Shown here one piece after another: positions 59,481-64,000 of a DNA stretch of 64,000 bases. The stretch spans positions 124,001 to 188,000 of the forward strand of contig JAPMXV010000039.1 in NCBI GenBank assembly GCA_026936335.1, in the 5' to 3' direction. The stretch's first letter is position 1. Every line of letters begins with the position of its first letter. Origin of the DNA: Mantamonas sphyraenae STR306. Lineage: Eukaryota; Protista; CRuMs. The position numbers were made by a program, and so were the translations under genes. The notes beneath the pieces were generated by a model. That model had not been told where the DNA came from. It was given only the letters and a program-made list of their open reading frames with translations, and did not search any database.

Positions 59481-60305
59481 ATGTCTGAGGAGGAAAGCAG
59501 CATCTTTGGGTCGACGGGTCGATTCCAGAGGGCAATGGCGCTGATCAATGGGATTGAAAGCAAGTTTGCACTGTTCTTGGGCAAGGTGTTGGAGGGGCTG
59601 CACAAGCCGAAGGAGCGGACGTTTTCAGACGAGGAGGAGGAGCAGCTTGTGGGATTGCTGGGTCTGGACACGATTGGAGACCTGGACACGGTGGTGGACG
59701 CATGCAGTTTCATCTTTCAGCAGTCTGCGTTTCTGGGTCTGAAGCCGGCGAAGCTGGAGGCACACCTGAAGCTGACGGAGCTGGCAGGAGACAAGGTGGG
59801 TTCGGAAGGGTGATGTGAGACAAGCGGTGGAGGCGAAGTGTGCATTTGGACAGGGAGGGAGGGTGAGGAAGAGGCAAAAGTGGGCCAAAGATGCGGTTTG
59901 GGCGGGCGGGAGGGGGGAGGGAAATTGTGGAGAGGCGCTGACGCGGGGTTTTCACGGGTGCGCGGGCGTGTGGACGACGGGATGATGGTGTGGACACAGG
60001 TGGATGTGTTTGTACAGTTGTGGGCAGAGGAAGGGCCAGAGTATGTGAACAAACTGCGGGACAAGAGCCTGGGCGGGCTGCCGACGCTGGAGAGCGTGGA
60101 TTGGCAGCTGAAGCTGGAAATGAGCCAGGACACGCTGACGCGGATCAACGAGCCGAACGCGGTGTTCCAGTTTGGGACATCGCAGGAGACGGCCAACGGC
60201 GAGGTAGTGAAGGATAGTTTTGTGGTGGAGATGGACCACAAGGCGCTGAGCAAGCTGTTTGGGGATCTGGAACGCCTGCAGGACCAGCTGGATGCCATGG
60301 GATGA
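59481..60305 (+). CDS. COMMD10: COMM domain-containing protein 10 (Commander/CCC complex); join(59481..59795,60000..60305), about 206 aa
   Basis: 'FQRAMALINGI...LHKPKERTFSDEEEEQL...SFIFQQSAFLGLKPAKL...DK|VDVFVQLW...LESVDWQLKLEM...EPNAVFQFG...VEMDHKALSKLFGDLERLQDQLD' matches COMMD10 end to end. Phase-0 intron AAG|GTGGGT...GCTGAC...ACAG. Confidence 0.9.
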
Positions 60306-60365
60306 GGAGAGAGCCGGGATTGGCGTGTAACAGGGAAAGGGACAATGGAATGGGGATCGAATGGT

Positions 60366-62387
60366 TCACTTGAGTTCGTCCATGTCTTCGTCGGCGAGCG
60401 AGGCATCGTCGGAATCGGTTTCAGCGTCCGAATCGGTCTCGGCATCGGCATCGGAGTCGGTTTCGGCGTCCGAGTCTGTTTCTGCGTCGGAATCGGTTTC
60501 TGCGTCGTCGTCGTCATCATCCGAGTCGGAGGCTGGGGTGGGTGCAGAAGGGGCCGGGGCAGGGGCAGGTGCAGGTGCGGTGGATGCACGTGAGGCCGAG
60601 GCAGCTGCAGCCGCTGCTTCACGTGCTTCCTCCTCGGCAATGGCCCGTTCGAGGTCTTCGAGATCGTCGACGTCGTCACGGTCGAGTTCGAGACGGGAGC
60701 CCGTGGTGGCAATGTCGTCGAGCTGGGAGGACATCTGATCGACAAACATCTGGCCCACGCGAGCTTCGCGGTCACCCTCAGCCCCCTGCGCTGCGCTGCG
60801 CATGCTAATTTCGGCAATGCGTTTGCCACGCTGCTCCATTTCCGCACGTGCGTCGTCCACCTCGGCCTCCCAGCCACCCAGCATGTCGTTGTCCGAGGCG
60901 TCCTCCGACAGGGTGTGCTCAGGCCTGGTGTTGCCTGGTCCTGCCTTGGTGCTCTTCTTCTTCTTTCCACTGCGCTTCTTCTTGCCTTTACCGGCGTCCT
61001 TGGTATCCTTGGGTGCCTTTGTGGGCTCGTCCCACGCCTGCTTGCGTGCTGGTGCTTCGTCAAGCTGGACGACGGGTTGGATGCCCAGATCGTCGCCCTT
61101 TTCGGCAATCATCTCCTTGACGAGTTCGTCATACCTGTTCTGGCGATCGCGCATGGCCTTGTGGGCCGCCTTTTCACGTGCCAACCGTGTGCGTCGCTCC
61201 TCCTCCTCGCGTTCCACCTTGAGTGAGTTTGCCGTCTGGTAGGCGGCCGCTTGTTGTTGCCACGCCTGTTCGTGCTCCTTCATCTCGCGCATGCGTTGCT
61301 GTCGCTCCTCCCTGCGACGCTCCTCGTTCTCTTTGATCCGTTTCATGTGCTCCTGGTCGCTGAAATCCACCCGGTCTCGGTACAGCTTGCCTCGCTTGGC
61401 AAGTTTCTCTTCACGCGCTCGCTCCTCCGCCGCCTGCTGCTGTTTGTACTGCTCCTGCATCTTTAGGTACAGCGGCTTTTCGTTGCGCTGCCCTCGTTTC
61501 TTGCCCCCGCTGCCTACGCCGGCCTGCGCCTGCTTCCGCTGCTTGCTTTCAGCATCTTTGCGTCGTTCCTCCTCTCGCTTTCGCAACCATCGTCGTCGCT
61601 CCTCTTCGTGCTTCTTCTGCGAGCTCTTGCGTTGCTGCTCGAATCGATCCAGTTCAATCTTCATGGCATCCCACTTTTTCTTGCGTTCGTGCTGTGGGGA
61701 AGGAGCGGAGGCGGAACGGGGGGGGGGGAAAGGGGCGTGTCAGGAACCGTTACTTTCGCTCGAAATCGTCCTTTTCGCTTCACTCACCTCCAATCGCTGT
61801 TTGCGCTTGGCCTCGCGCGCCTTGATGGCTTTGAAGCGGTCGTTGTTCTCAATGGCACTCTGCAATTCGCTCTCGTCGCGAGTCATGCGTAGGAGCAGAT
61901 CCATCTTGGAGAACGGGGAGCTGGGTTGTCCGCCTGCGGATTTGCCTTTGCGCTCGTCCCCGGCAGAGGAAGCAGCGGCGGCAGCGGCGGCGGCAGCAGC
62001 AGCGGCCTTTTTCTCACGCTTTGCTTTGCGCTTTTTGGCCTTGGCGAGGAGTGCAGCGTTGATTTGCTCGAGGGTGGAGTCAAACACGTCGCCGACGAGG
62101 AGGACGAGGAGATCGCGGGTCATTTTGTCCTTGTTGGCCTGGATAAAGGCAGCCTCGTCGGCGGCGTACTTTGCACGACGCTGCTCGGCCTGTTGCTGTG
62201 CAAGGGCCTCTTGTTGGGCGCGCAAGACCTCTGGGTCGACCTCGGGCTCGGGTTCCGGGGAAGGCGCAGGTTGCGGAAGCTCAGGTTGCGGCTCAGGCTG
62301 TGGTTTGCGAGCTGCTGCCCCACGGGACTTGACCCCCGGTGCCCGACGTGTGGCTGTACGTTTGCCAGCGGTGGAGGAGGATTTCAT
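60366..62387 (-). CDS. Uncharacterised charged coiled-coil protein with C-terminal DAETDS repeats; complement(join(60366..61691,61788..62387)), about 641 aa
   Basis: Start MKSSSTAGKR (ATG 62387). Phase-0 intron GAG|GTGAGT...CCTGAC...C-tract...ACAG|CAC joins 'KQRLE' to 'HERKKKWDAMKIELDR' in frame. E/K/R/Q-rich helices. Confidence 0.75.
60411..60506 (-). repeat. Five 18-nt units encoding DAETDS (plus one DA insert)
   Basis: Sense units GACGCAGAAACCGATTCC, GACGCAGAAACAGACTCG, GACGCCGAAACCGACTCC, GATGCCGAGACCGATTCG, GACGCTGAAACCGATTCC. Confidence 0.9.
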
Positions 62388-62442
62388 TGGTGCCGGTGGC
62401 GGAGGCAAGGGAAGTGGGAGTGTGGTTTTGGGATTGCAAGAG

Positions 62443-62982
62443 ATGCAAGTGTTTCTCAAGGGTCTGGTGGGAAGGGGCATGACGGTGGACGTCAACGCAA
62501 ACGACAACGTGGGGCAGTTGAAGAGGGAGATCCAACGGGTGGAGGGCTTTCCTGCGTCGCGGCTGCGATTGATCTTTGCCGGGCAGGAATTGGCGGACGA
62601 CGACGCGGTGTTGAGTGCGTTGGGGATTGTCAATGAGAGCACAGTGCATCTGGTTGTGCGAGGTGGGAAAGGGGACGAGCCGGCGGTGGTGTTTGAGCTT
62701 CCAGACGGAACGGAAGTGTGGCAACCCGGGGTGCAGACGATGAGTGCAGACGAGGTGCGTGCATGCGTGTTGCAACAGCACGGGTGGAAGGTGACGTCGT
62801 TTTCCAGTCGGGGCAACGAGTTGGATGACGAGGCGTTGGAGAGGGCGCTGCAATGGTTCTCGTGGTCGGGAGGCAACGTGGGGGTCATTGTGTGCCAAGG
62901 GGAGGCTGTGGAGGGAAGGGGGGAAGGAGGAGAGGAGGAAGGGGACGGGGACGGGGATGGGGATGTGCAAGTGGAAGCATGA
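62443..62982 (+). CDS. Ubiquitin-like domain protein 1 (Ubl + internal GG + second novel domain + acidic tail), 179 aa
   Basis: 'MQVFLKGLVGRGMTVDVNANDNVGQLKREIQRVEGFPASRLRLIFAGQEL...ESTVHLVVRGG' has a ubiquitin-fold pattern. The real start is ATG 62443 within ORF 61291..62982. Confidence 0.85.
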   Translation: MQVFLKGLVGRGMTVDVNANDNVGQLKREIQRVEGFPASRLRLIFAGQELADDDAVLSALGIVNESTVHLVVRGGKGDEPAVVFELPDGTEVWQPGVQTMSADEVRACVLQQHGWKVTSFSSRGNELDDEALERALQWFSWSGGNVGVIVCQGEAVEGRGEGGEEEGDGDGDGDVQVEA

Positions 62983-63042
62983 ATGTGAGTGTGTGTGTGC
63001 GCCGGGGGAAACAAACACAAACACGACACACAAACACAAACA

Positions 63043-63591
63043 ATGATCATCTACGTCAAAACACTTGGAGGCAAAACCATCACTCTCGATGTGGAACAGA
63101 CCAACACAGTTTTGGATCTCAAGAGGATGGTGCTGGACAAGGAGGGCATCCCGTTGCAACACCAAGGTTTCGTCTTTCAAGGCAAGCTCATGGAAAATTC
63201 ATCGCAGTTGTCCGAGTACAGCGGCTTGACCAACCAGACGAGCCTCCATCTCATGTTGAGCATGGGCCACAACTTCCGTTGCCAGCTCCCCGACGGGAGC
63301 GTCGTGAAAGCTGGGGGATATGACATGGATATCCTCAAGGATGCCCTGCGCAGACACGGCTGGGTTGTGACCAGCTTCGCCTACGAAGGGAACGTGCTGG
63401 AAGGCACCGATGAGGAGGTGATGACGCAGCTGATCGACATTCCGTTTCCAGACGACGGCGAGTGGCCGTTTGTCGTTGTGGACGGCGAACCCGCACCCAG
63501 CGAGGAGGTGAAGGAAACACCGGGCAATGGGGAGGCAGGAGAAGGGGGGAATGACGAGGAAGTGCATTCAGAGGTGACCGTGGAACAGTGA
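63043..63591 (+). CDS. Ubiquitin-like domain protein 2 (Ubl + second novel domain + acidic tail), 182 aa
   Basis: 'MIIYVKTLGGKTITLDVEQTNTVLDLKRMVLDKEGIPLQHQGFVFQGKLMEN...SLHLML'; CA-rich leader before ATG 63043; no diglycine. Confidence 0.87.
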   Translation: MIIYVKTLGGKTITLDVEQTNTVLDLKRMVLDKEGIPLQHQGFVFQGKLMENSSQLSEYSGLTNQTSLHLMLSMGHNFRCQLPDGSVVKAGGYDMDILKDALRRHGWVVTSFAYEGNVLEGTDEEVMTQLIDIPFPDDGEWPFVVVDGEPAPSEEVKETPGNGEAGEGGNDEEVHSEVTVEQ

Positions 63592-63788
63592 GTCGGCGGG
63601 AGGGGGAGGGAAGAGGAAGTGGGAGTTGAAATGAAATGGAAACAACCAATCCACCGCAAACGCGTCCATGGGGACTCGTGGAAGATTCGAACATGGTCAT
63701 GGAGAGATGGAAACGGGTTGTTGTGAATGAATCCACTGAGAGTGTGATTACAGTATGTGTTGCGAGATTGCGCAAACAGACGCAAATC

Positions 63789-64000
63789 ATGCAGGTGTTC
63801 ATCCACAGCTACCTGGGGCACACAATCACGTTGGAAGTGGACCATAATGACACCATCCTTGAGCTGAAGCGCATGGTGCAGGAGAAAGAGGGCATTCCAC
63901 CTCAGTTCCAAGATTTCAAGTTCGGCGGAAGACCCATGGACAACAAGCGCACGGTGGCGGACTACGACTTGCACAACAACCCGAAGGAAATGTCGATTTT
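63789..64000 (+). CDS. Ubiquitin-like domain protein 3 (3'-truncated by the window end; absent from the ORF track)
   Basis: Translated by hand: MQVFIHSYLGHTITLEVDHNDTILELKRMVQEKEGIPPQFQDFKFGGRPMDNKRTVADYDLHNNPKEMSI... Confidence 0.85.
   Translation, partial: MQVFIHSYLGHTITLEVDHNDTILELKRMVQEKEGIPPQFQDFKFGGRPMDNKRTVADYDLHNNPKEMSI

Noticed and set aside
61291-62442. Apparent 384-aa N-terminal extension fusing Ubl1 into a 563-aa ORF
   Set aside because: It is the antisense of the coiled-coil gene and its intron; the ubiquitin fold starts cleanly at MQVFLK (62443).
42414-64000. Functional cluster idea: MDN1's MIDAS domain binds Ubl domains, and Ubl genes lie nearby (also USP, COMMD10, NOB1)
   Set aside because: Known MIDAS ligands are Rsa4/NLE1 and Ytm1/WDR12 Ubl-WD40 proteins, unlike these genes. 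Unrelated genes are interleaved, and adjacency in a compact eukaryotic genome is weak evidence.
1-64000. CRISPR arrays, tRNA/rRNA genes, transposons, prokaryotic operons
   Set aside because: None seen. The repeats present are coding trinucleotide/peptide repeats or short GT/CA microsatellites.

Overview
Very gene-dense eukaryotic nuclear DNA (GC-rich, about 60% by eye; standard genetic code), most likely a non-animal protist: YAK1 is present together with COMMD10, a LYST/LvsB-type BEACH protein, golgin-84 and AGMO. I can model 17 protein-coding genes. In order: LYST-like BEACH protein (5'-truncated), YAK1 kinase, AGMO, NOB1, a USP9X/24/34-type deubiquitinase, an ankyrin-repeat protein, a small orphan, C2-LRR paralogue A, a ~2070-aa low-complexity protein (possibly TALPID3-like), golgin-84, C2-LRR paralogue B, midasin/MDN1, COMMD10, a coiled-coil orphan, and a tandem array of at least three divergent ubiquitin-like genes running off the right end. 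Thirteen short GT-AG introns (76-312 nt) were placed by hand; almost all lie near 5' ends. Intergenic spacers are only about 36-200 bp. Two long genes carry apparent frameshifts in GA-rich repeats, most likely assembly errors. The most novel-looking elements are: the ubiquitin-like array, whose two complete members share an unrecognised second domain (LPDG...HGWxVTSF...GNxL); the intron-less/intron-containing C2-LRR pair; the ankyrin protein with a duplicated F-box/SOCS-like module; and minimal bidirectional promoters built around central GC palindromes. No RNA genes, transposons or CRISPR arrays were recognised. All homology calls come from motif recognition by eye, not database searches.
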